NCBI GenBank assembly: GCA_002423365.1
Contig: DIVU01000161.1
Location: forward strand, 1,950-40,727
Origin: Desulfuromonadaceae bacterium UBA6124
GTDB taxonomy: Bacteria; Desulfobacterota; Desulfuromonadia; Desulfuromonadales; Trichloromonadaceae
DNA: 38,778 nucleotides
Reading direction: 5' to 3'
Made by a program: the position numbers and the translations under genes. Below are positions 1-8,485 of the stretch, in pieces. The notes beneath the pieces were generated by a model that saw nothing but the letters and a program-made list of their open reading frames with translations, did not search any database and had not been told where the DNA came from. Every line of letters starts with the position of its first letter. The first letter of the stretch is position 1.

Positions 1-52
1 CACGGGACTGAAAATCCCGGTGTCGGCAGTTCAATTCTGCCCCTGCCCACCA
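1..52 (+). tRNA. tRNA-Phe (GAA), 3' part; 5' end lies outside the window
   Basis: Anticodon arm CGGGA-CTGAAAA-TCCCG, T arm GGCAG-TTCAATT-CTGCC, acceptor 3' strand CCTGCCC, discriminator A49, encoded CCA at 50-52. Confidence 0.95.
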
Positions 53-191
53 CAGTTTCAACAGGTTAACGCGGCCCCTCGGCCGCGTTTTCCTTTTCTA
101 TGCCCGCCACTCTGCCCGCCGCGTCCAAGGGCGAAACCGTCAGCCGCTTGGCGGCCACCCGCAAGTTGAGGTGCGATCCGGCCTCTCCGGC

Positions 192-281
192 CCGGTTGCC
201 CTCCTTTGTGTTCGCCATCGCATGCAAGCAGGAAGTCCACGGAAACCGGATCGATTACAAGTATCTTCTGCACCTACGTCC
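192..281 (+). repeat. Interspersed repeat module C (right-end type, ends CACCTACGTCC)
   Basis: Colinear and similar to 15242-15331 (shared CACGGAAACCGG..TACAAGTAT.TTCTGCACCTACGTCC). CTACGTCC is duplicated again at 289-296. Confidence 0.8.
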
Positions 282-416
282 GCCCAGACTACGTCCCCCC
301 AGACTCCTCCAACAACCCGGAGAGAACTCGGGCCTCTCTTGCCTTCGCGTCCTGCGCGTCTCGGCCCAAGCCCTTTTCCGTTGCCTCGCCCCGCGCCATT
401 CACTAGGATAGCAGCC

Positions 417-979
417 ATGCAAGAAACGGGAGGCGTTGTGGGGCGTCAGAGGGGGGTCCCTCCTCCGAAAAAGATCGTCATCATTGCCGGCCCGAACGGG
501 GCGGGGAAAATACGTTTGCCCGGGAGTACTTGCCCCGCGAGGCCGACTGCCCTGATTTCATCAACGTGGATCTGATCGCGGCCGGCCTCTCCCCCTTCGA
601 CCCGGCACGGGCCGCCCTCCAAGCCGGACGGGTGATGCTCCAGGAGATCCGACGTCGCGTCCGGGCCGGTGAGAGTTTTGCCTTCGAGACCACCCTGTCT
701 GGCCGGCAATACGCGCGGTGGATCTCCCGGTGGCAGGCGGCCGGGTACCATGTGAAGTTGATCTTCCTCCAGTTGCCCACTGTCGATCTGGCCCTGGCCC
801 GGGTCGCCGCCCGGGTAGCTCAAGGGGGGCACGAGGTGCCAGCGGTTGTGGTGCGACGCCGCTTCACCGCAGGCTGGCAGCACTTCCAGGCACTCTATCG
901 CCCCCTCGTCGATTGCTGGATCGTGTACGACACTGCCGAGGCGAAGCCGCGTCCCCTCGCCTCAGGAGATAAGCGATGA
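417..979 (+). pseudogene. Zeta-toxin-like / AAA_33 P-loop ATPase with a frameshift at ~510
   Basis: RBS AGGA then ATG417. IVIIAGPNGAGK Walker A is in one frame; the rest (TFAREYLPREADCPDFINVDLIAAGLSPF, SFAFETTLSG, RVAQGGH) is in another. A 1-nt loss in AAA-A(c)T-ACG would restore GKTTF. Confidence 0.8.
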
Positions 980-1158
980 GTCAGCGCCTATTACAGTCCC
1001 GCGACCCCGACATCCTCGCCAGCGAAGCCGCCCTGCGGCGTGCCGCCCGGCGCGCCCGGGCCATTGGCCGTCAGACCGGCGCGCCCGTGTACGTGCTCAA
1101 GGCGGGCCGGATCGTCGATCTTACGCCGGCGCGCAAGGTTTCTTCGCGATCCAGATAG
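976..1158 (+). CDS. Small basic protein, probable partner/antitoxin of the zeta-like ATPase
   Basis: ATGA overlap with the upstream stop. 60 aa with an AALRRAARRAR...G.PVYV..G.IV pattern typical of the small genes paired with this ATPase family. Confidence 0.65.
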   Translation: MSQRLLQSRDPDILASEAALRRAARRARAIGRQTGAPVYVLKAGRIVDLTPARKVSSRSR

Positions 1159-1164
1159 TCCGCC

Positions 1165-1277
1165 GTCATCCGGATCAGTCATCCGCCATCATCCGGGACC
1201 CGGCCGTGTCTTGGCGGAGGATGAGGGGACCGGTTCCGTACAAGTTGATACAGTTGACATCGTCCCCTAACTTGACA
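1165..1277 (+). repeat. Repeat module B with tandem TCATCCG motifs
   Basis: TCATCCG occurs three times in 1165-1199. 1207-1277 matches 13198-13268 at 67/71 nt, and 1187-1207 matches 11719-11739 at 20/21. Internal inverted repeat AGGGGAC...GTCCCCT. Confidence 0.9.
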
Positions 1278-1565
1278 CGTGAGGGCTGTTCTCGCGAGGA
1301 CTCGGCATGAGTCCGGAACACGCTGGCCCCGACCGCTGGCATCAGTCCGGTTTCCCTTGACCCGCTCCGCCCGTCGGCAGTAAGGTCCCCCCGTTCGTCC
1401 CAGACCCCTCCCGCATCCGCCAAGCCGGAGGATCAGCGTGACGGCAAGCGCAAGTACCCAGCGCACCCCACGACCCTTCGCGGCAATCATCGCCGCCAAG
1501 GGTCGAATTGTTTCCTGCGTGCAAGGCAATCCGACCGGCTAAGGACGCAACATGCTGAACATGGA

Positions 1566-1591
1566 AACGTCCCGGATGACGTCCCGGATGA
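1566..1591 (-). repeat. Inverted, tandemly duplicated CATCCGGGACGT end motif
   Basis: ACGTCCCGGATG is a perfect tandem pair (1567-1578, 1579-1590). 1566-1582 is the exact reverse complement of 15073-15089. Confidence 0.85.
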
Positions 1592-2025
1592 GAGGAGCTC
1601 GTTCTCCATGGTGAGCTCCCCGATCCGCTGCATGGCGGTGTCCAGGGCGGCCTGGGTGGCATCGCCGCCCCGAGCCTTCAACGCGCCCTCGAGCCCCTGG
1701 AGCGCCTGCTCCCGCCACCGGGCCAACCGGTACGACGGGACGCCGAGTTCGCGGGACAGCGCCTCCAGCGCTTCGCCCCGGAGGAGGCGGAGTACCACCT
1801 CCCGCTTCCGCGCCACACTCCACCGCTGGCCAGGGGCCAACGGCCCGACCGGCGGGCACCCTCAGCTTGCGGCCCCTCGCCTCCAGGTTTGCTGCTGCTC
1901 GCGCCTGCTCCTGCTGCCGTCTGGTCTTTCGGCTTGTTGGTCATCGGATCCCGATCCTCCTTGGGTGCACAGATTTACCACAGATTTACCGCAAATCCGT
2001 GTCCAGGGAAACCGGTGTCGCTATA
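1592..2025 (-). mobile_element. IS3-family remnant: left end plus frameshifted, truncated OrfA
   Basis: RBS AAGGAGG + ATG1944, then a frameshift into RWSVARKREVVLRLLRGEALEALSRELGV...WREQ...IGELTMENELL (HTH + zipper of IS3 OrfA). No OrfB. Putative terminal repeat TATAGCGACACCGGTTTCCCTGGACAC starts at 2025. Confidence 0.75.
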
Positions 2026-2056
2026 GTCGGCTGATGCCCTTGAAGAACGGATTTTT

Positions 2057-2272
2057 GTGGCGGTGCGGCGTGGGCCGTTGTCCAAGTCCGAAATTGCCGT
2101 CGCAGTTGGCAAGCAGGCGGTGGACGGTCAACCCCATTCCGCTGTCCGGCAGTTGCTCAAGACGGGACTCATCGCATACATGCTGTCCGACAAGCCCAAC
2201 AGCCGGCTGCAAAAGTACCGGCTGACCCTGGCCGGAGAGCGCGCGCTGAGGGAGCAGTTTCGCGAGCGATGA
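2057..2272 (+). pseudogene. Orphan C-terminal winged-helix fragment (Fic-like C-terminal / ATP-dependent regulator type)
   Basis: LS.SEIA...L...GLI....DKPNSRLQKYRLT..G is the characteristic C-terminal wHTH signature. No RBS or N-terminal domain; it abuts the IS end. Confidence 0.6.
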
Positions 2273-2404
2273 GAATGCCGTTTAGCCGCCGGTGGCAGAT
2301 GTGCGGTTGGCGAACAGAATTAACCCACCCGCCATCTGTGAGGCAGACCGAGAAGAAATCACTCCTCCTTTGGTGGCTCTTGCCGCTGCAGCGCAGTGTA
2401 CGGT

Positions 2405-3091
2405 CTAGTAAACGGCAGCATACTTTTCGGTCAGCGATTCTCTTGCAGCGTACAGTTTTGCTTTAGATCTCACCAGCCACCACCAGGCGGCTCCAATACT
2501 CAATGCCAAAATCAACAATGATAGAACAGTCGCGATCGAGAAGTACGAAATCGTGATGCGCGTGGCAGGTTCTATCCGGACCAATTCAACACTACCCTCC
2601 GGTATGACAGACAGCAGTGCGTACACAATCCAAAAGGCTGCCGCTGCGAGGATGATTACAATTTCCCACAATACAAAACCCAAATTGGAGAGCGGCGGCA
2701 ATGCTGGTGTGGTTGGGAGTAAGAGGTAATTGGCAAGCAGCCCGTCTTGCTCAACAAAGTAACGGCGCATCAGGTTCACGCATCGCGCATAGAGGTACTG
2801 CTCCAAGCGTGCGTTAAGCAGCGCCAACGCTATTACAGCATCCAGAATGGCCACCACGATCATCAGCGTGGGGACGAAATGAGGATCAAGCGGAGTCGAT
2901 CTCTCTCGAGTAAGCAGCGTCGCCATAGTCAGAGGAACCGCATTGATACCCAGGAAGTAGTTGAATATTCTGACTTGCACATCGTGCAACTTGCCAAAGG
3001 CGGAGGATATATTTCTGTACTCTTCAAGGACGAATACTGCAGATGGCTGGGTGGTGCGGTCATCAGACGGAACACTGTCTTCTTGCTCCAC
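2405..3091 (-). CDS. Hypothetical multi-pass (~4 TM) membrane protein
   Basis: Long ORF. GTG3091 is preceded by AAGGGGG. Four hydrophobic segments follow a LEEYR..S...(helix) N-terminus. Confidence 0.7.
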   Translation of the reverse strand: MEQEDSVPSDDRTTQPSAVFVLEEYRNISSAFGKLHDVQVRIFNYFLGINAVPLTMATLLTRERSTPLDPHFVPTLMIVVAILDAVIALALLNARLEQYLYARCVNLMRRYFVEQDGLLANYLLLPTTPALPPLSNLGFVLWEIVIILAAAAFWIVYALLSVIPEGSVELVRIEPATRITISYFSIATVLSLLILALSIGAAWWWLVRSKAKLYAARESLTEKYAAVY

Positions 3092-3340
3092 GGTGGACCC
3101 CCTTGGAGATGAAAGGCTGGGCTGTGCTGACACGTCAGTTCACGTCAATCCCCTTGGCTGATCTTCTGTGCCTAGACACGGAACCGCATGTTGGCCCGAG
3201 AGAGGGCAATATCGTACGCCTGCCGGAAGTCGAAATCAACAAGGGCCCCTGCCGCGGCGCAAGCCGCGGTCAGTTTCCCATCAGGATACTGCGAAACGTC
3301 TATGGAAACGGTCGCTACACTGCAAGACGCAAAAAAGTGG

Positions 3341-3368
3341 TTGACTTGGGAAGAATATGCAGTATTTT
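3341..3368 (+). promoter_or_regulatory. Putative sigma70 promoter of the DGQHR operon
   Basis: TTGACT-16 nt-TATTTT ending 8 nt before ATG3377. Confidence 0.45.
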
Positions 3369-3376
3369 GCTGCACT

Positions 3377-4393
3377 ATGCATTTACACACTGCAGTCGAC
3401 ATTCCTGGAATTCTGGGCTACTGCGGTGCTTTCAAGGTGTTCCTCGCCTCGGCGCCGGCCTCCCTCCTGACCTCCCTCTCGATCACAGACGTACTCGACG
3501 AGGATACCGGTAAAGGCTACCAGCGGCCCTATAACAAGTGGCACAGCCTTGATTTCCGCCGTTACATCGTCCAACCTAGCGCCTCGACCATACCCCTCGT
3601 CTTTAATCTTCGCCCGGAATTCCGCAAGCGCTGGCGCCTGCTTCACCACCAGGGTGGCCCGCCCATCTTGCGCCTCCATCGCGGACAGCCTTGCCTTGCG
3701 GTGGTGGACGGCCAGCATCGGTTAGGCCAACTGTCGGACTTGACCGTCCCTCTCGCGTTTATGGCCTACATCGGCTTGGATGTGCGGTCAGAGATGTCCT
3801 TGTTCTCGACCATCAACAGCAAGTCCAGAGGCCTTGCGTCTTCGCTCACTGATTACCTATACAGTTCGTTGACAGACGACTTGCTCCAAGAGGCTCCTCA
3901 TCTGCTCCTTGCCAGACGTCTCAACGAGGACCCATCGTCGCCTTGGTTCAAGCTCATCCGGTATGGCGGCACGTCTACATCCAGCCCACATCGCCGGGTT
4001 TCTCTAAGGATGATGCAAAAGAGTATCGGGCGATTTCTGAAGAAGATCAGAGGTGCCGGGGCGAAGCCGGTTGATGACTGCTACCGAGTGATCCTCGCCT
4101 TTTGGACCGCTGTTCGAGATACGTTCCCTGATGAGTGGCAGGACCCGAGACGCCACATTCTTACGAAGGGTCTAGGGCTTTACTCTTTGATGCTCTTACT
4201 CACCGATCTTGCTGAATCTCGCCAGTTCTCCGAACTGACACAACTGGAATTCTATCGGTTGCTCGAACCGCTCAGGACTGGAATTGATTGGGGTTCGCGC
4301 GGTACCTTCGCTCAGGCCGGTGGCCACAAGGGAGCGGTTCAAGTGTATTTGACCCTGAAGGAGAAGATCTTCGATGCGCGTTCTTCTCGTTGA
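3377..4393 (+). CDS. DGQHR-domain (DndB-like, ParB/Srx superfamily) protein
   Basis: GYQRP and LAVVDGQHR motifs plus F.TINSK. Start placed at ATG3377 (ATG3302 is an alternative). Overlaps the next gene by 20 nt. Confidence 0.9.
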   Translation: MHLHTAVDIPGILGYCGAFKVFLASAPASLLTSLSITDVLDEDTGKGYQRPYNKWHSLDFRRYIVQPSASTIPLVFNLRPEFRKRWRLLHHQGGPPILRLHRGQPCLAVVDGQHRLGQLSDLTVPLAFMAYIGLDVRSEMSLFSTINSKSRGLASSLTDYLYSSLTDDLLQEAPHLLLARRLNEDPSSPWFKLIRYGGTSTSSPHRRVSLRMMQKSIGRFLKKIRGAGAKPVDDCYRVILAFWTAVRDTFPDEWQDPRRHILTKGLGLYSLMLLLTDLAESRQFSELTQLEFYRLLEPLRTGIDWGSRGTFAQAGGHKGAVQVYLTLKEKIFDARSSR

Positions 4394-5963
4394 ACCGGCT
4401 TATCGGCGAAGGGCATTGCAGACAGCGGCGGAGTCCGCCGATTGGTCTGATAACGGGAGCAGGGTGGACGACGAAAGGTTGTGGTATCCACCACTTGGAC
4501 TCCTAAAGTTGTCTCGCTATCACAAGCTGAGGGGCGATTCCGTCTCCCTCACTGTAGGGTGCGATGCCTCCACGCTGCCCACTGGAGACCTTATCCAGGG
4601 GGGTTCAACTTGGGATCGAATTTACATAACCACCCTGTTTACATTCACCCTTCGTCAGGCAATCGACACTATCAATTTCTACAAACAGGCGGTGGGCGGT
4701 ACTACCGCCAAGCTGTTTGTTGGGGGTATTGCGGCGACTATCCTTCCGGACAGCATCTTTGAGCAGACGGGGGTATATCCCATTCGAGGGATCCTCACAT
4801 CGTCCACCACAATCGGGATGACGGATGATGTGAACATCGATACGCTCTGCCCTGACTACGACGTTGTCGCCAGTAGACCATACGCCATTCAAGATACTTA
4901 CTATGCCTACACCTCTCGCGGATGCGTGAATCACTGTCCTTGGTGTGCAGTCCCAACACTTGAGCCGACCTTCGTTCCTTATATAGACATCCGACCTTCC
5001 ATGATCGAAATGCGCCGCCAGTACGGCGATAAGGCGCGCCTTAAGCTCATGGACAATAATGTGCTTGCATCCCCGGCGCTCAGCAGCATCGTTGACGACC
5101 TACTTTCCATGGGCTACGGGCGTGGCGATCATACTGAGACTCGACCAAAGAAGCAGCGAGTTGTAGATTTCAATCAAGGCCTGGATGCGAGTTTCATTAC
5201 TCAGCAGTCGATCGAGTGCATCTCCAAATTACACATCGCTCCCTTCCGGGTTGCGTTTGATCGCATTTCCGAAAAAGATTCATACGTTCGAGCGATTGAG
5301 CTAGCTGTGGCACACGGATTCCGCGATATCTCGAACTACATGCTCTTCAACTACTCTGACACGCCGCGGGACCTGTATGATCGGTTGCAGGTTAACATTG
5401 CCCTGAACGAGAGATATGCCTCTGGCGGGCGTCAGCGCCGTGCGGCCCAGATCTTCTGTTACCCAATGCGCTACGCACCTATCTCCGACTCTTGTCCGGG
5501 CGACGATCCGAATGTACGAGACAGGACGAACGCAGCGGATGCCACGTCTTGCGACTGGCTTGCGAACCCCTCGTGGACAAAGCGGTTCCTGAGGAATATC
5601 GAGATTATGAAAGGGGCGGCCCAAGGGGCAATTTCATCCACGCCGAGCCTTGCCCGAAGAACCATCGGTCACAGCTTCGAGGAGTTCCTCGCCAATCTCT
5701 ACATGCCCGAAGTGCTCTTGCGCTATCGCAACCAGCATGAGAAGCGCGTCTACGCGAAGGAGCCACGGCGAACCGCAGGCACAGGCGACGTGGAGGCATT
5801 CAGGAAGTTCATCCTCCGCCTTCTAGATCGTCGAGATGATTCATTTGAATTCTTCCATAATTCAGTTGCATCGAATTCGCGCGCGATTGTCTCTGACGGC
5901 CTTCGCCGATGTAGGGACAAAGAGATGGCCGCATGGTTCAGACTGTATCTGGAAAAGAGGTGA
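4374..5963 (+). CDS. Radical SAM protein with N-terminal B12-binding-like domain
   Basis: SRGCVNHCPWC (CxxxCxxC). N-terminal VLLVEP..YPPLGLLKLS..VGGIAATILP. DNN and DFNQGLD core motifs. Confidence 0.9.
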   Translation: MRVLLVEPAYRRRALQTAAESADWSDNGSRVDDERLWYPPLGLLKLSRYHKLRGDSVSLTVGCDASTLPTGDLIQGGSTWDRIYITTLFTFTLRQAIDTINFYKQAVGGTTAKLFVGGIAATILPDSIFEQTGVYPIRGILTSSTTIGMTDDVNIDTLCPDYDVVASRPYAIQDTYYAYTSRGCVNHCPWCAVPTLEPTFVPYIDIRPSMIEMRRQYGDKARLKLMDNNVLASPALSSIVDDLLSMGYGRGDHTETRPKKQRVVDFNQGLDASFITQQSIECISKLHIAPFRVAFDRISEKDSYVRAIELAVAHGFRDISNYMLFNYSDTPRDLYDRLQVNIALNERYASGGRQRRAAQIFCYPMRYAPISDSCPGDDPNVRDRTNAADATSCDWLANPSWTKRFLRNIEIMKGAAQGAISSTPSLARRTIGHSFEEFLANLYMPEVLLRYRNQHEKRVYAKEPRRTAGTGDVEAFRKFILRLLDRRDDSFEFFHNSVASNSRAIVSDGLRRCRDKEMAAWFRLYLEKR

Positions 5964-5968
5964 TAAGG

Positions 5969-7465
5969 ATGCCCCAGGCTCTCCTCGGTAAGCAGTTGCT
6001 CGATGTCATCGCGATCGGCATGTACAATACGCCGCTCATGACCCTCCGTGAGTATGTCCAGAATTCTGTTGATTCCATAGATGAGGCGGTTGAGAGTGGC
6101 ACACTGTCTACATCTAAGGGCCACGTGAAGATTCAACTCGATGGCGCCTCCCGCACCATTCTCATTGAAGATAACGGTGCTGGTATCCGGGCTCGAAATG
6201 TCGAAGGTCATTTGCTGACAATTGGCGGCAGCGCGAAACGTGCTGCAACAAATCGCGGTTTTCGAGGGATTGGTCGCCTTGGCGGACTTGGCTATTGCGA
6301 TGCATTGTTGTTTGAAACAAAAGCCGCAGGTGATGACGCAGTGTCTTGCGTCTGCTGGGATGGAGTTGCGCTGCGGAAGGAGCTAGGGGCGTCCGATGCG
6401 GCAGATGCCGTAGATGTCATCCGACGGATAGTGAAAGTGACGCAGCGGCGAATCGCCAAAGGCGACCCCGATCACTACTTTCGGGTAACGCTGAGGGGCG
6501 TACACCGATTTCACAACGATATTCTGATGGATATGCGGAATGTCTACAGATATCTATCACAGGTCGCGCCCGTTCCGTATGATCCTGAACAGTTCTCCTT
6601 TGTGGACAAGATTGAGGAACACCTTGGTAGCCTTGCGGGGTTTCGACATTACTCGCTGTCGCTCAATGGACGTCCAGTCTATCGTCCATATGCGGACACC
6701 ATCGAAGTCTCGCCCGGTCGTAATGACCGCATGCGGGACGTCACGCTATTTGATGTACCGGATAGCTCTGGAGGTACCATCGGCAAGGGCTGGTACGGAA
6801 TCACCGGCTTCCTTGCCTCACTCCCCGCGGCCTGTAGTATGCGGGGGGTCCGGCTTCGGCAGGGAAACATCGAAATCGCAAATGAATACTTCTTTGCCGA
6901 ATATCTGACTGAACGTCGCTTCTGCACTTGGCACATAGGGGAAGTACATTTCCGCCTTGGTTTGCCCCCGAACGGACGCCGTGATGGCTTCCACAACACA
7001 CCAGATTACGAGAAAGCCCTGGAATTTTTCCTCGTTCTTGGCAAACACCTCAGTAAGCTCTGTCGGGATTCCTCTAAGGAACGAGCTTCGACGCTAGGGG
7101 TAACACGCGAACTGGATACCGCTGAGCAATACCTGGAAGATGCTATCTTTCTGGATGCCGATCATGTGGCATCAATGCAAGAGACTCTCCTGCGCCGCAT
7201 GGGGCTGCTTCGAAAAAGACTTTCTACCCGGAAACCGCAGAATGGCCTTCTTGAACGAATCGAGGTGCTTGAGGGGCGCTTACGGGACCTCTCGAAGGAT
7301 GCGGCTCTGCTTCTCCATCGTTTGGACGGACGACGGCTCCGCCACGCGGAGCCGAAGGAACTCCTCCTCGATGTGTTTCGCCGATTGCTGGCGGACGGTG
7401 ATCACATTCTCATTGAGACAAAGCTTAAGACAATCCTAGAGCCGTATCTTACATCAGAACCCTGA
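5969..7465 (+). CDS. GHKL-family (MORC/Hsp90-like HATPase) ATPase
   Basis: REYVQNSVD (ExxxN), IEDNGAGI (DxGxG), GFRGIGRLGG. RBS GAGGTG overlaps the upstream stop. Helical C-terminus. Confidence 0.88.
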   Translation: MPQALLGKQLLDVIAIGMYNTPLMTLREYVQNSVDSIDEAVESGTLSTSKGHVKIQLDGASRTILIEDNGAGIRARNVEGHLLTIGGSAKRAATNRGFRGIGRLGGLGYCDALLFETKAAGDDAVSCVCWDGVALRKELGASDAADAVDVIRRIVKVTQRRIAKGDPDHYFRVTLRGVHRFHNDILMDMRNVYRYLSQVAPVPYDPEQFSFVDKIEEHLGSLAGFRHYSLSLNGRPVYRPYADTIEVSPGRNDRMRDVTLFDVPDSSGGTIGKGWYGITGFLASLPAACSMRGVRLRQGNIEIANEYFFAEYLTERRFCTWHIGEVHFRLGLPPNGRRDGFHNTPDYEKALEFFLVLGKHLSKLCRDSSKERASTLGVTRELDTAEQYLEDAIFLDADHVASMQETLLRRMGLLRKRLSTRKPQNGLLERIEVLEGRLRDLSKDAALLLHRLDGRRLRHAEPKELLLDVFRRLLADGDHILIETKLKTILEPYLTSEP

Positions 7466-7475
7466 TGCACCTCCG

Positions 7476-8471
7476 CTAGTCGCACTTCTTCAGTAATCGG
7501 AGGGTGAAAGTGTTAATCCTCTTGAGTTCAAATTTGCACTTATCCAGCTGGGCTGACGGCATATCGTCGATTGCCTTGTCCAGTCCGGCTTTCGCGACGT
7601 ACATACGGAACTTAGTGAGTGTCTTGAGCACACTGTTATTTACCCCGCGGGTCTCCGCAGTACTGTAGGACTGCTCAACCGGCATATCTTTATCCAGAAA
7701 CTGCTTGAGCGGCTTCCCGCCGGCAGCAATTACCTTGACCACCCTGTTGCGTATTTCAACAGCCCGGGCGATCTCTCCGCTCTTGATACGTGCGACTATC
7801 ACGCGATCCAGGTCGAGGTTTTCCTCTCGCGCCTTCCGTACCTTCCCTGATTTGAGGTACTCGTAATAATAGCTCCACCGCTGCGGGTCCTCGTCACCGT
7901 GGTCAACCATAAACTGGTACACTTTTACAAAGGTCCCGATGACTCGGGCCGACAGGCCAATCTCTTTGGTCATTTGGCTAATTGAAGCGTTGTGTTTCTT
8001 GAAGCGCCTCCACAGATAGCCGGCCTGTTCGAAGGGGCTCCAGTCCTTCCGCTTCGTAATATGGTACTCGCCCAGCAGGGCGAAGACGCACTCCTCCGGT
8101 ATGTTGGAGGGCAGCAAAGTACACTTTACCTGGCCCCATTCGATTGGGTTTCCTTCCGCGAGCTGTCGATAGGCGGCTAAGCGACTGTTACCTTCCAGAA
8201 CGACATAGTCTCCATCCCGAACAATCAGTGGCTCGATCACTCCGCCATTCGCTCGAATGGACGTCGCCAGCTCCTTCACATAATCGCCTTGGCGAAGACG
8301 CTCCTCGATCTCTCGCTGGCTGAGATCGTCTGACCCGCCATGCACTATCGAGTAGATGCGAGGATTGTCGGAGTAGAATTGCAAATCCTTCTGCTTGAGC
8401 ATGCAAGTACGTATGGGTATCTCCCTGCCCAAAATGGTGATGCTGCCATCAGCGCCATCAGGCAATTCCAT
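7476..8471 (-). CDS. ParB/Srx-like N-terminal domain protein (copy 2)
   Basis: NPRI...SIRANGGVIEPLIV...VVLEGNSR and H....KDWSPFEQA. RBS GGAGG. Confidence 0.82.
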   Translation of the reverse strand: MELPDGADGSITILGREIPIRTCMLKQKDLQFYSDNPRIYSIVHGGSDDLSQREIEERLRQGDYVKELATSIRANGGVIEPLIVRDGDYVVLEGNSRLAAYRQLAEGNPIEWGQVKCTLLPSNIPEECVFALLGEYHITKRKDWSPFEQAGYLWRRFKKHNASISQMTKEIGLSARVIGTFVKVYQFMVDHGDEDPQRWSYYYEYLKSGKVRKAREENLDLDRVIVARIKSGEIARAVEIRNRVVKVIAAGGKPLKQFLDKDMPVEQSYSTAETRGVNNSVLKTLTKFRMYVAKAGLDKAIDDMPSAQLDKCKFELKRINTFTLRLLKKCD

Positions 8472-8485
8472 GACAGTCCCTCCGA

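Noticed and set aside
30-52. attR duplication of the tRNA 3' end
   Set aside because: I found no second copy by eye within the window; a computational search is needed.
1969-1990. ACAGATTTACC tandem pair
   Set aside because: Only two copies inside the IS end region; no evidence for iterons.
3377-4393. Calling the locus a Dnd phosphorothioation or Dpd system
   Set aside because: Only the DGQHR domain is shared. No DndA/C/D/E, DpdA or queuosine-pathway genes are in the window.
4374-5963. Prokaryotic viperin
   Set aside because: Much longer than a viperin and has a B12-binding-like N-terminal domain.
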